A stretch of DNA of 64,000 nucleotides from Candidatus Heimdallarchaeota archaeon (GTDB lineage: Archaea > Asgardarchaeota > Heimdallarchaeia > Heimdallarchaeales > Heimdallarchaeaceae). The notes beneath the pieces were generated by a model. That model saw only the letters and a list, made by a program, of their open reading frames with translations. It did no database searches and was not told the DNA's origin. Both the position numbers and the translations under genes were made by a program. Shown here piece by piece: positions 37,665-48,225 of the stretch. The stretch spans positions 44,958-108,957 of the forward strand of contig JAEOSZ010000024.1 in NCBI GenBank assembly GCA_016840095.1, read 5' to 3'. Within the stretch, counting starts at the first letter, position 1. Every line of letters starts with the position of its first letter.

Positions 37665-38680
37665 CTCTTACTCTTTACATATTTCAATCCTATTTCCTTA
37701 ATTGTTTCTAATGCATTTTCTGAAAACACTGGAAGATTTTCTCGTTCAGTAACTATAGAATTATTATATAATTCAAAGAATCTGAATGGATTTCCTATTG
37801 TTCTTATCAAATCATCAAAATTAGAATTTTTGATTATAATATTAGTCAGATAGTATCCTAGAGGATGACCAGCTAGTGGAATAGCTTTCTTCATTTCCTC
37901 ACCTAATTCAGCTAATGAAATAACATTCTCTACATACCTATCAAATAGCGTATTAATCTTAATAATCTGTTCTGGTGCTTTTTCTAGGCTTTCCTTAAAG
38001 TGTTTAACATAAGCTTTAGGAAATGATGTTTCAACACCACCAAAAATGAAGTAGTCCTTATCTATATGATCAGCAATTCCTTCAGCTTGAATCTGATTTA
38101 GAATCCAGATTAAATCTTTATCTTCTTCCTCTATGTCTTCTTTATCATAGACTAGAAGCTGATTTCTGTAGAAATGATGAACCTCATGAGCTGTTAACGA
38201 AACAAAATCCTCTATTTGACTAGCAAAAATTGCGTCCATTACAATAGTATCATAACCTCTTGCATCTGTATCAAAAATCAAAATTGAAACTGTTGGATCC
38301 TTCTCTGGTTCCTTAAATGGAAGAAAAGCTAAAGCCCTAGCATAGATAGTCTCATCTAGTTTTTCCCATTTATCTTTTATCACCTTTATTTTCTCTTTGT
38401 AAAATTCTTTATTCTTTCTTACATGAGTATAATATTTTAGATATCGACTTGTTTTACCTTCAAGTAACTTATCTAAAGTTTCTCCTCTCTCAGAATCAAA
38501 GACAACGAGAAAGCTTTGCTTAAAGAAATCTATATTAAATTCAGATGCTGTTAGAGTTTTGTATCCTGGAGTATCAAATAATGATTTCCATTCCTCTTCT
38601 GTAGGTTCTATAGAATTTTCAATAATTTCAGTTATTTCCCAAAATTTCTCAATACTTGATAAATCAAGCCTAATCTTCAT
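37661..38680 (-). CDS. Putative zinc-dependent protease (DUF5700-like)
   Basis: AHEVHH (HExxH) with downstream QAEGIAD and GHPLGYY; ATG 38680 overlaps the upstream stop. Confidence 0.75.
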   Translation of the reverse strand: MKIRLDLSSIEKFWEITEIIENSIEPTEEEWKSLFDTPGYKTLTASEFNIDFFKQSFLVVFDSERGETLDKLLEGKTSRYLKYYTHVRKNKEFYKEKIKVIKDKWEKLDETIYARALAFLPFKEPEKDPTVSILIFDTDARGYDTIVMDAIFASQIEDFVSLTAHEVHHFYRNQLLVYDKEDIEEEDKDLIWILNQIQAEGIADHIDKDYFIFGGVETSFPKAYVKHFKESLEKAPEQIIKINTLFDRYVENVISLAELGEEMKKAIPLAGHPLGYYLTNIIIKNSNFDDLIRTIGNPFRFFELYNNSIVTERENLPVFSENALETIKEIGLKYVKSKS

Positions 38681-40763
38681 TTTTTGACAATTCCTCAATC
38701 ATTAATTCAGGATCATTTGTAGGTTGTTTACAAACATAATCCTTGCATACGTATGCAGTTACTTGATTATTTATCATCTTGTAATCTTTTAAGATTTCTA
38801 TATTCTTTACTAGTGTATCATCTTCTTCATGTTTTAGGATTACAACTTTATTTGGAATATATTGCTCATTAATTTTCTCTATAAATTTGCTTATTTCCTT
38901 GTCTTCTTTTTTTGTTACAAGTATTATTTCAAAAGAAGGACCTATGGCAAAATCAAGAGAAGTCAAAATAAAGGAAAATGCTGAAGGTATTCTGTTAATT
39001 TGTTTTGCAAAATTCTTCATCAAGTCATCAGCTTTCTTTTCCAAATTAGCTTTTGATGTCAACTTGGCTATTTTGATTAGATTAAGCATTGAAACCGAAT
39101 TTCCGGAAGGAATAGAACCGTCATAAACAGGTTTTTCTCTAACTAGAAGCTCTTCACCATCATCAGGTGTAAAGAAAAATCCACCTGATTTATCGTCCCA
39201 AAAATGTTTGATGACAATAGAATTCTGATTAATAGCTTCAGTTAAGTAACTAGGATTAAAACTGGTTTCATATAATTCTAATAATCCCCATATCATGAAG
39301 GCATAATCATCAAGATTTGCAGTTATTCCAGCATTTCCATTTCTGTATCGGTGAAGTAATCGATCATCTTTTTGCTTCAAGTGTGTTTGAATAAATTTTG
39401 TAGCTTTTTCTGCAGTTTGTAGATATTTATCTTTATTGAATACTCTGGAAGCTTTTGAAAAAGCAGCAATCATTAAACCATTCCAGTCGGTCAGAATTTT
39501 ATCATCCTTTAGAGGGTGGATTCTCTCTTTTCTATTTCTGAAAAGTTTGTCTCGGATGGTTTCAAATTTTACATTGAACTCTTCTTTACTCATCTTTAAA
39601 TCTTCAAGAATTTCTGAAATTGGTTTAGTGAGATGTAGTATGTTTGAAGAAGATTTCTTTTGAGTAGCTTCATCTAGAAAGTTCCCTGTTGATGATATAT
39701 TGAATATCTTAACAGCTAGTTCAGCTTCGTCTTTGTTAAGGATTTTAGCAATTTCTTTATGAGACCAGATGTAGAATTTTCCTTCTTCTCCTTCACTATC
39801 TGCATCTTCAGCAGAATAAAATCCACCTTCTTCTGAAGTCATATCTCTCTGAACATACTCAAGAATTTCTTCTGCTGTCTGTTTGTAAATATCTTTTTTT
39901 GTTATTTGATAAGCTTCAGTATAAGCAATTACTAGCATAGCTTGATCATAGAGCATTTTCTCAAAATGAGGTACTAACCAATGTCTATCTGTAGAGTATC
40001 TATGAAAACCGAATCCTATGTGATCGTAAATACCTCCCAATCTCATTTTGAGTAAAGTATTTTCAACCATTTGTAATGCTACATTATCTTTAAATCTATT
40101 CCAATATCTCAGCAAGAAGAGTAAATTGTGAGGTGAAGGAAATTTAGGTTGAGAACCAAACCCACCAAGTACTTCGTCATATCTACTATCTAGTTCATCG
40201 AATCCCCTAACTAATAGTTCTACTCCATCATAGTTTGCTTGAGAGGATATTGTAGACTCTTCGAGATGAACAGTAACTTGCTCAGCTGTTTGATAAACAT
40301 CTTGTCTTTTTGTTTTCCATACTTCTATAATCTGAGTAAGCAAATCAATCAATCCTGTCATACCAAACCTTCCTTCTTTGGGAATGTATGTTCCAGCAAA
40401 AAATGGTTTCTTATCAGGTGTCATGATAATTGTCATAGGCCACCCTCCTCTTCTAGTCATCATCTGAGTTACTGTCATATAGATACTATCTATATCAGGA
40501 CGTTCTTCCCTATCTACTTTAATTGAGATGAAATTGTCATTCAAAATTGTAGCTACATCATGATCCTCGAATGATTCATGTTCCATTACATGACACCAAT
40601 GACAGGTAGCATAGCCAACTGAAAGGAAGATAGGTTTGTCCTCTTTTTTTGCCTTGTTAAAAGCTTCTTCTCCCCATGGATACCAGTTTACTGGATTATA
40701 GGCATGTTGGAGCAAATAAGGACTTTGTTCATTTATCAGATTATTTGGTCTGGTCATCTTCAT
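38670..40763 (-). CDS. Thioredoxin-domain protein, YyaL/SPATA20 family
   Basis: [75 protein letters not shown]. Confidence 0.95.
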   Translation of the reverse strand: MKMTRPNNLINEQSPYLLQHAYNPVNWYPWGEEAFNKAKKEDKPIFLSVGYATCHWCHVMEHESFEDHDVATILNDNFISIKVDREERPDIDSIYMTVTQMMTRRGGWPMTIIMTPDKKPFFAGTYIPKEGRFGMTGLIDLLTQIIEVWKTKRQDVYQTAEQVTVHLEESTISSQANYDGVELLVRGFDELDSRYDEVLGGFGSQPKFPSPHNLLFLLRYWNRFKDNVALQMVENTLLKMRLGGIYDHIGFGFHRYSTDRHWLVPHFEKMLYDQAMLVIAYTEAYQITKKDIYKQTAEEILEYVQRDMTSEEGGFYSAEDADSEGEEGKFYIWSHKEIAKILNKDEAELAVKIFNISSTGNFLDEATQKKSSSNILHLTKPISEILEDLKMSKEEFNVKFETIRDKLFRNRKERIHPLKDDKILTDWNGLMIAAFSKASRVFNKDKYLQTAEKATKFIQTHLKQKDDRLLHRYRNGNAGITANLDDYAFMIWGLLELYETSFNPSYLTEAINQNSIVIKHFWDDKSGGFFFTPDDGEELLVREKPVYDGSIPSGNSVSMLNLIKIAKLTSKANLEKKADDLMKNFAKQINRIPSAFSFILTSLDFAIGPSFEIILVTKKEDKEISKFIEKINEQYIPNKVVILKHEEDDTLVKNIEILKDYKMINNQVTAYVCKDYVCKQPTNDPELMIEELSKNED

Positions 40764-40919
40764 TTCAAAGTATTTTCTTCAGCTTTAAATAGTATCCAAA
40801 GAACAAAATTCTTGCCGTACTTAAGTCAGACTTCAAATATTTGAAGCATAATATAGATATATCCATTAAATTATAGATAATTCAAAACCGCTCCTTCACA
40901 TTTAGGAAGTATTGCCACA

Positions 40920-42518
40920 ATGAATAGTCAAACTAAAAACAAAGCTTCATCCATTCTCATTATTTTGATTATTTGTCTTAGTTTAACTCCTTCTAGCAGC
41001 TTTCTTCAAACCTCCTCCTTCTCTATTGTTCAGGTAGGCAAATCTACTATCAATGAAGAGAGTACTAACCGATTTGAAGGTTATAATCTATTTGTTGTAG
41101 AAAGGAGGAGTTCTCTCGGTTGGACTATGATTAATAGAACAATGTTGATTACAGATTTAGATGGAAATATTTATTTCGAGAGAGAATTGGGTTATAGTGG
41201 TACATTAGCTGACAGTGCTGCAGAATTTATTAACTCTACAACCATTCTATATGGTGATGCTGGGCATGCATATTTATGGAATATAGAAACAGATGTAACT
41301 AAATATCTGAATTTGACTGGGCATCATGATTTTGAGAGAAACTATGCAAATAATACTTATTTTGTTCTTAAGGGAGGTGTAATTGAAATTAATGGATCAG
41401 AATATCTTTATGATAAGATACATGAATATTCACAGGAAGGAGATCTTGTTTGGGAGTTCAACACTTTGGATGTAGTTAATGAATCATATTGGTGTCCATT
41501 TGAGGATATGGAATCAGGTTTTAGGGATTTAACACACTCGAATACAGTATTCTATGATGAAACAGAAGATGTCATTTACTTAAACATGAGAAATATCAAC
41601 ACATTTTACAAAATAGATCATAAAACTGGAAAGGTATTATGGGGACTGGGTGAGTTTGGAAATTTTACATTGTATGATATTTTTGGTTATCAACAAGAAA
41701 ACATCTTCTTCCACACGCATTCTCTTGAAAAAACTGGAAACAATACTTTCTTAGTTTTCGATAATGATATGCACAACCAAACCAACGCAAATAATCTTAA
41801 TTCTAGATTGCTAGAAATGACTGTAGATGAAGACAAAATGATCGCGAATGTTTCATGGCATTGGATCTCTACTGTAGATTATTTCAGTGGTTGGTGGGGA
41901 GATTGTGATGGTCTTCCTAACAACAATGTACTTGGTGTTTTTGGTGCAACTGGGCATCCAGAAACTGAATATGGAGCAAGGCTAGTTGAAGTAAATCGAA
42001 ATCAAGAAATTGTTTGGGAGTATAATTTTCCCAAAGTTGGAGATGAGGTTTTCGGTGTCTATAAGATTGAAAGAGTTAGATTTGCTCCAATAGTTTCAAC
42101 ACCTCGTTTTATTGAGGAAGTAAATGCAAGTTACCTGGAATGGGATGTCTGGTACAACTTTAGATCAAAAACAAAATTTGATGGAACATATTATGTTGAT
42201 ATTGATGGTGTTGCAGTTGAAACTGGTCAGATTGAATTTCCATTATTTTGGCAATCAACACAAGTTCAATATTTAGTTGATGAGTTAACTGCTGGAAGTC
42301 ACAATATTTCTTTGATTGTTTCTGATGAAGCAGGTCATTTATCTAACGAATCTGATAGATACAGTTCTACTGGATCAATTATCATAACTAAATTAATTGG
42401 AAAATCGTTAATTTTTGGTTTATCTATTGGAATACCAAGCTCTGTATTATTTATTGCACTAACAATTCTTTTCATATTTCTAAAGAAGAAAGGATTTCTA
42501 AAAAGAAAGAGAGGATGA
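40920..42518 (+). CDS. Arylsulfate sulfotransferase family protein, secreted and C-terminally anchored, copy 1
   Basis: GHHDF, THSNT, NMRN, HTHSL, VFDND, LPNNN motifs; signal peptide; C-terminal TM plus basic tail. Confidence 0.8.
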   Translation: MNSQTKNKASSILIILIICLSLTPSSSFLQTSSFSIVQVGKSTINEESTNRFEGYNLFVVERRSSLGWTMINRTMLITDLDGNIYFERELGYSGTLADSAAEFINSTTILYGDAGHAYLWNIETDVTKYLNLTGHHDFERNYANNTYFVLKGGVIEINGSEYLYDKIHEYSQEGDLVWEFNTLDVVNESYWCPFEDMESGFRDLTHSNTVFYDETEDVIYLNMRNINTFYKIDHKTGKVLWGLGEFGNFTLYDIFGYQQENIFFHTHSLEKTGNNTFLVFDNDMHNQTNANNLNSRLLEMTVDEDKMIANVSWHWISTVDYFSGWWGDCDGLPNNNVLGVFGATGHPETEYGARLVEVNRNQEIVWEYNFPKVGDEVFGVYKIERVRFAPIVSTPRFIEEVNASYLEWDVWYNFRSKTKFDGTYYVDIDGVAVETGQIEFPLFWQSTQVQYLVDELTAGSHNISLIVSDEAGHLSNESDRYSSTGSIIITKLIGKSLIFGLSIGIPSSVLFIALTILFIFLKKKGFLKRKRG

Positions 42519-42605
42519 TAACAATAAAATCTAGAGAATCACTTCAATTTTAGTAGGCGGTTCTTACACAAAACATAAAATATACAATGTTTATCATCGG
42601 TTGGA

Positions 42606-44189
42606 ATGAGTATTACTAGAGAATTTCAAATGTCCAAATCTGGAAAGTTAATGCTATTGGTACTAATCCTCAGTTTGATGACTATTCAAATAACAGGAAC
42701 AAATGGATATTTTGCTACTTCACCAGAGGTTCAGATTCTCGATGCTCAGAACATAGTTGCAACTGAACGATTTGAAGGATACAATCTCTATGCTCGGGAA
42801 CTAATGACATATGATACTTCTATTCTTATTGACCGAAAGATAGTGATCACAGATATGGAAGGGAACATTTATGCTGAAAGAGAGATAAGTCATGATAATT
42901 CTATTTCTGATTGTCCGGTTGAATTTATCAATTCTACTACCTTGGTATATGGAGAAACAGGTGGAACTAAACTCTGGAATTTAGAAACTAATGTTACTGT
43001 AAACCTCAATTTTGAAGGACATCATGAAGTTGAATATGATTATCTTAGTGAGACTTACTATACATTCAACCGTTATATAACTGAAATTGATGAAGAATTT
43101 TATGGCTTTGATTATGTTAGTGAATATAATTCAAGTGGTGATCTTTTAAGCTCAATAGATACTATCAATTATTCCAATATTACTGAGATCTGTCCATTTG
43201 AAGATCTCTTTAATTCGAGTATAGATGTCTTCCATGCTAATTCTTTGGTTTTCGATGAAGAAGAAGATGCAATATATCTGAATAGCAGAGGTCTCAATAC
43301 CTTTTATAAAATTGATCGTCAAACTGGTGATTTGATATGGGCTTTAGGGAGATATGGCAATTTTACTTTATTCGATTATTATGGTAATCAAAGAGATTTT
43401 CTTTGGTTCCATAGTCACAGTCTTGAAAAGGTTGATGATGATAAATTCTTACTATTTGACAATGATACTCACAACCAGACAGATGCAACTAACCAAGAAT
43501 CAAGACTTGTAGAACTCACTATTGATGAGGACAAAATGCAAGCAAATGTAACTTGGCAATGGATTGGTCCAGAAGATTATTGGAGTGCTATTTGGGGAGA
43601 CTGTGACTTACTTCCAAATGGTAATAAGCTAGGAGTTTTTGGCTATACTCTGTACAAAGGAAAAACAGAAGGAGCTAAAATCGTTGAAGTAAATACTGAT
43701 GGAGAGATACTTTGGAGCCTCACATCTCCAAAAGAACAAAATCTAAAATATGGAATTTATGCTATGGACAGAGTAAGATTTGCTCCTTTTACATCAGAAT
43801 CAAGATTAGTAAATCCAAAAAGTAATGCGTACTTTGAATGGGATATCTGGTATAACTTTAGATCAAAAACAAATTTTACAGGAGAATACTTTATCTATCT
43901 AGATGACCAACTTGTAGAAAGTGACACTATTATCTTTCCCAAATATTGGCACCCAAAAACAATAAGATATATTCTTCCTGAAGTAGTTGATGGCAAACAT
44001 AAAATCTCGATAGTCGTTGCTGATGAAGGGGGACATCTTTCACTTGATTCAGATTTCTACGATGGTGAAGGAACAACTACCTTCCGTTTGAAATTGAAAC
44101 TTGAATTAGTATTTGGATTGTCACTTGGTATTGGAGTACCAGTTATTTCAGCATCTGTTTTTGTTTGGTTGAAGTTTTTTAAGAAATAA
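42606..44189 (+). CDS. Arylsulfate sulfotransferase family protein, secreted and C-terminally anchored, copy 2
   Basis: GHHEV, FHANS, NSRG, HSHSL, LFDND, LPNGN; colinear paralog of copy 1. Confidence 0.8.
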   Translation: MSITREFQMSKSGKLMLLVLILSLMTIQITGTNGYFATSPEVQILDAQNIVATERFEGYNLYARELMTYDTSILIDRKIVITDMEGNIYAEREISHDNSISDCPVEFINSTTLVYGETGGTKLWNLETNVTVNLNFEGHHEVEYDYLSETYYTFNRYITEIDEEFYGFDYVSEYNSSGDLLSSIDTINYSNITEICPFEDLFNSSIDVFHANSLVFDEEEDAIYLNSRGLNTFYKIDRQTGDLIWALGRYGNFTLFDYYGNQRDFLWFHSHSLEKVDDDKFLLFDNDTHNQTDATNQESRLVELTIDEDKMQANVTWQWIGPEDYWSAIWGDCDLLPNGNKLGVFGYTLYKGKTEGAKIVEVNTDGEILWSLTSPKEQNLKYGIYAMDRVRFAPFTSESRLVNPKSNAYFEWDIWYNFRSKTNFTGEYFIYLDDQLVESDTIIFPKYWHPKTIRYILPEVVDGKHKISIVVADEGGHLSLDSDFYDGEGTTTFRLKLKLELVFGLSLGIGVPVISASVFVWLKFFKK

Positions 44190-44240
44190 AATAAAATGAA
44201 CTAAAAACTATCATGTTGATAATTAGGTTGATATTAATTA

Positions 44241-45086
44241 TCAATTATCTTCATCAAATTCTGATGCTGGTGGAGATGGAACTCTAGCAACTTCTATTTT
44301 CCCGTCTGCTCCTATCATAGGTCTTGGAGGAGGTGCACTTGGTGCTGGAATTGCTGGTGGTGGAGGGGTATCTCTCATCACTGGTGCAATAAATCTTATG
44401 TGATTCTTCAAATTTACAAATGCGAACACATAGAGAATATTGCCCACTATTATTCCTATGAAGAAATAGATATCCAAGAACATCAAAATTGCAAATATTA
44501 TCTGAATAAAGCTTCCAAGAAGAACATGATAAGCAGTATTTCTATAGACTGTGGGTTTAAATCCATACCTGCCGAGAATTAGATTAAAGAAGTAAAAAGC
44601 TGCATTTAAACTAATATTAGCTAATATCAGAGCTATAATCCACCCAAAAGCTGGCAAGAAGAATGCTAAACCCATTAATATGCAGTAAATGAGTAAACTC
44701 AGTCTAATTTTTGTAGCTTGAATTAAGGTTTTCTCTGCTTCTCCAATTTTCTTGAATTCTACACTTAACTTGAAGATAGAGAATAATACAATTACAGAAG
44801 CAGCAAAGAATAGAATTGAAAGAATTATTGCTATATATCCTGTAATCTGTCCTAGAAGAGTAACGAATTGAGATGTAGCTGTTAATCCACTAGTAATTGA
44901 ATATATGTCGATAAAATTAGAAGCAACAAATACAACAGGGGATCCAAAGAAAACTAGTTCCACAATAATGAAGAAGAATATTCCTACTATAGTAGCCAAA
45001 ATTGTCTGAAATATAATTAAATTTGATATTTCTTTTGAAATCTTTGAAATTGAAGTTTTTATATTATCTAGTACTTCTTTAATCAA
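44241..45086 (-). CDS. Multi-pass membrane protein with proline-rich, acidic C-terminal tail
   Basis: About 6 hydrophobic helices, then TPPPPAIPAPSAPPPRP..PSPPASEFDEDN. Confidence 0.8.
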   Translation of the reverse strand: MIKEVLDNIKTSISKISKEISNLIIFQTILATIVGIFFFIIVELVFFGSPVVFVASNFIDIYSITSGLTATSQFVTLLGQITGYIAIILSILFFAASVIVLFSIFKLSVEFKKIGEAEKTLIQATKIRLSLLIYCILMGLAFFLPAFGWIIALILANISLNAAFYFFNLILGRYGFKPTVYRNTAYHVLLGSFIQIIFAILMFLDIYFFIGIIVGNILYVFAFVNLKNHIRFIAPVMRDTPPPPAIPAPSAPPPRPMIGADGKIEVARVPSPPASEFDEDN

Positions 45087-45169
45087 TTTAAAGTCCCCTT
45101 ATCAATAGTAATTATTTGTTTCTTCTTAAAAGATTATTGCTTTTCTCAGTAATATATGCAACATGATGA

Positions 45170-45733
45170 TTAGTCATTCAGATCAATTTTTGCATATTCC
45201 TCAAACGGTCTTCTCACAGATCTTTTAGTTTCTAATTCTTGATGCTTTTCACCTAGTTTACTAAGATTATCAGATTTCTTACCAACAGCTATAAGAGTAA
45301 TCAGTTTATTCTCTTCTGGAATGTGTAAAACCTTTTTTGCCAAATCCTCGTTAAATCCTGCCATAGCATGAGCAACTAATCCTCTATCAACAATAGACAA
45401 CATTAGCTGTGCAGTTGCTAAACCTGTTCCAAACAAATAATATTCTCTGCTACCAATCAAGCATCCATATTCTAGATTAGAATGAACAGCTATTAACATG
45501 GATGCTTCTTTTGCCCAATAGTTTCCACCACTTAATGCTTCATGAAGACTGGTTAAAACTATTTTATCCTTAACAAAAGCAAATCTCCAAGGTTGTTTAT
45601 TTGCACAAGATGGAGCTCTTGAAGCTTGATAAGCTATTTCTTTGATAAATTCATCAGTTATTTCAACTGGCTCTAAAGCTCTATGAGCTGCACGTTTTTC
45701 TATAACTTCTGTTAGTTCCATTTCTATTTTCAC
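45170..45733 (-). CDS. Nitroreductase family protein
   Basis: IEKRAAHR, APSCANKQPWRF, AHAMAGF, LIAVG, R. ATG 45721 is an alternative start. Confidence 0.9.
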   Translation of the reverse strand: MKIEMELTEVIEKRAAHRALEPVEITDEFIKEIAYQASRAPSCANKQPWRFAFVKDKIVLTSLHEALSGGNYWAKEASMLIAVHSNLEYGCLIGSREYYLFGTGLATAQLMLSIVDRGLVAHAMAGFNEDLAKKVLHIPEENKLITLIAVGKKSDNLSKLGEKHQELETKRSVRRPFEEYAKIDLND

Positions 45734-46197
45734 TTGCCTTTCAATTCAATTAAAGAATCCTTAACATCTTGAATGTGACCCATAACATTGACTTTACTCC
45801 AAACCTTAGCTATGTTACCTTGAGGATTAATCAGATATGTAACTCTCTTAACTTCAGAAATCATTTTACCTAGAAAAGATCTATTTCTAGCATGATAAGC
45901 TTCAATAACATCAAGTTTTTCATCACTAAGCAGTATTATTGATATCTCTTTTTTTGCTTTGAAATTTTTATGGCTTTCAGGAGAATCTGCACTGACTCCT
46001 AAAACTACGGCATTTAATTCTGCAAAAGCTTTGTAATTATCAGTAAAATCACAAGCTTCTTTCGTACATCCAGGAGTTTGATCCTTAGGATAAAAATAGA
46101 GTACTATCCATTTATTCAGGAATTCTTTAAGACAAATATCCTTATTATTTTCATCTGGTAAACAGAATTCTGGAGCTTTTTCACCAATTTTAAGCAT
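45730..46197 (-). CDS. bcp: Peroxiredoxin Q/BCP (CxxxxC type)
   Basis: YFYPKDQTPGCTKEAC, GVSAD, RVTYLI. Confidence 0.92.
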   Translation of the reverse strand: MLKIGEKAPEFCLPDENNKDICLKEFLNKWIVLYFYPKDQTPGCTKEACDFTDNYKAFAELNAVVLGVSADSPESHKNFKAKKEISIILLSDEKLDVIEAYHARNRSFLGKMISEVKRVTYLINPQGNIAKVWSKVNVMGHIQDVKDSLIELKGK

Positions 46198-46209
46198 TTT
46201 ATATCCTCT

Positions 46210-46677
46210 CTAAAGATATAATTCTGTTAACAAGTTCTTAACTTCTTCTGCATGTCCTTTAACTTTAACTTTATCCCAGACTTTAACTATAGTACCATCA
46301 GGGTTAATCAGAAATGTACTTCTTTGAATACCCATGTATTCTTTACCATACATCTTTTTCAAAACCCAAGCACCATACTGTTCGATAACTTTATTTTCTG
46401 GATCACTCAATAAAGTAATTTTCAAATCATGTTTTTCAACAAACTTACATAATTTGGATTCAGAATCTTTGCTGATTCCTAATATTACTGCATTCTTCAA
46501 TTTGAATTCTTCAAGATATGCAGTAAAATCTATTGCTTCAACGGTACACCCTGGAGTGTCTGCTTTGGGATAAAAATAAACAATTACCCATTGATTCTCA
46601 AAATCTTTTAAGTTGACCAAATTTCCATTTTGATCATTAAGAGAAAAATCAGGAGCTTTTTGACCTTCTTTTAGCAT
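46210..46677 (-). CDS. bcp: Peroxiredoxin Q/BCP (helix-3 Cys type)
   Basis: YFYPKADTPGCTVEA, second Cys in SKLCKF, YGKEYMGIQRSTFLI; ATG 46677. Confidence 0.92.
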   Translation of the reverse strand: MLKEGQKAPDFSLNDQNGNLVNLKDFENQWVIVYFYPKADTPGCTVEAIDFTAYLEEFKLKNAVILGISKDSESKLCKFVEKHDLKITLLSDPENKVIEQYGAWVLKKMYGKEYMGIQRSTFLINPDGTIVKVWDKVKVKGHAEEVKNLLTELYL

Positions 46678-46685
46678 TTTAATCA

Positions 46686-47159
46686 CTAGAGTTCTCTACG
46701 CTTTTTCCGTTCCTTTCTGATAAAATCAGTAATTTCATCAAGATTAGGAACAGTTGACATTTCATAAACCTTCATAAAAACTATTTCCTTGTTTTTACCA
46801 ACAAGAATATTAGCTCTTTTTGAAACCCCTTTATCATCTTGGAAAACACCTAGAGTACTAGAAAGTTCGCCATGAGGCCAGAAGTCAGCTAATAGTTGAG
46901 TTTCTTTGATTCCTAATTCTTCAGCCCATGCTTTTTTTGTAGGATCAGAATCAACACTTACTCCAACAGCAATTACATCTAATTCATCAAATTCAGATTT
47001 TGCATTTTCTAATGATTGCATTTGTTTTGCACACACTCCAGTCCAAGCTAGAGGGTGAAAAGAAAGTAAAACCATCTTATCTTTGATATCGTAGAGTTCG
47101 AATTCTTCACGATTTTGATCTTTCAGAGTAAAATTAGGTACAGTATCACCTATTTTCAT
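46686..47159 (-). CDS. Peroxiredoxin, AhpE-like 1-Cys
   Basis: FHPLAWTGVC, SVDS, LLADFWPHG, RA; only one Cys; ATG 47159. Confidence 0.88.
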   Translation of the reverse strand: MKIGDTVPNFTLKDQNREEFELYDIKDKMVLLSFHPLAWTGVCAKQMQSLENAKSEFDELDVIAVGVSVDSDPTKKAWAEELGIKETQLLADFWPHGELSSTLGVFQDDKGVSKRANILVGKNKEIVFMKVYEMSTVPNLDEITDFIRKERKKRREL

Positions 47160-47350
47160 TGTTATCACAAATTAAAGTAGTTGAAATAAATTTTTAAAGA
47201 CTAGTTTTGTGCAAGAAAATAAATTTTCAGAAATCTAAATAGTAGAAGAGATATGTAATTGTCTAGAAAAGATTTTTGAAGTAGAAACAACTATAGTTGA
47301 GACATAATAAGATTTAAATTCTTTTAGGATAAAATGAGGTAGAATCCCCA

Positions 47351-47911
47351 ATGCCATCTGAACTAGGAAGAATATTTAAAGTGGTACTAATCGGTGACGG
47401 AGCTGTTGGAAAAACTAGTCTTCGAAGAAACTATCTTGGAAAAAGTTTTAGAGAAAATTATTTAATGACCATAGGAGCAGATTTCAGCGTGAAACAGGTT
47501 CCCTATGAGGATTATGTAGTAAGTCTCCAGATTTGGGATTTAGCAGGACAACCTAGGTTTTCAGAAGTAAGAGGAGCATATTATGCTAACACTTATGGTG
47601 CTCTGGTAGTTTTTGATGTAACCAGACCTAATACATTTACCAATATTGATTTTTGGATAAATGAGATGATTAAATACAATGATAATAAGCTCATTCCAAT
47701 GCTTATCATAGGAAATAAAATTGACTTAAGAGGAGAACTTCCAGATGAGGTTCAAGTAGATAAAACTTCAGCAATGACCTATGCTCAGATTTTATCTGAA
47801 TGGGGAGGAATAAAAGTTGAATATATCGAAACCTCTGCTAAAACAGGGCAGAATGTTGGTTCTGCATTTGAAAGGCTGATTGACAGGATATACTTCCAAA
47901 TGGGATTATAA
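47351..47911 (+). CDS. Rab-like small GTPase (Ras superfamily)
   Basis: GDGAVGKT, MTIGADF, LQIWDLAGQ, YY..T.GALVVFDVT, GNKID, ETSAK; no C-terminal Cys. Confidence 0.93.
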   Translation: MPSELGRIFKVVLIGDGAVGKTSLRRNYLGKSFRENYLMTIGADFSVKQVPYEDYVVSLQIWDLAGQPRFSEVRGAYYANTYGALVVFDVTRPNTFTNIDFWINEMIKYNDNKLIPMLIIGNKIDLRGELPDEVQVDKTSAMTYAQILSEWGGIKVEYIETSAKTGQNVGSAFERLIDRIYFQMGL

Positions 47912-47960
47912 ACAATTACCTCTTTTAGTTTTGAAAAGTGAAAGTAAAAAAAGTTAGTAC

Positions 47961-48104
47961 TTACTTTGTCGTTTTATAAGAAGTATCTGAATGAGATTTA
48001 GTATCTCGCAAAGCCTTAACAAATATAACCAAAAATGCTAAACCTACAGCTGTAGCTAGTGTCGTAATTATAACAGTCAGGTAAGGAAACGTAAATGTTG
48101 CCAT
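47961..48104 (-). CDS. Single-pass membrane micropeptide, 47 aa (missing from ORF track)
   Basis: MATFTFPYLTVIITTLATAVGLAFLVIFVKALRDTKSHSDTSYKTTK*; AAGGTGA ribosome-binding site 5 nt upstream of the ATG. Confidence 0.65.
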   Translation of the reverse strand: MATFTFPYLTVIITTLATAVGLAFLVIFVKALRDTKSHSDTSYKTTK

Positions 48105-48225
48105 TTCATTCACCTTTTGCAATTACATAGATACTAACAGAGTAATTCTTAAAACTTTCCCGACAAAAATCAATCGTCGCTAGGAAATATTTAAAAAGAG
48201 AAAAAGGGCGACATAAAAGCCCAAA

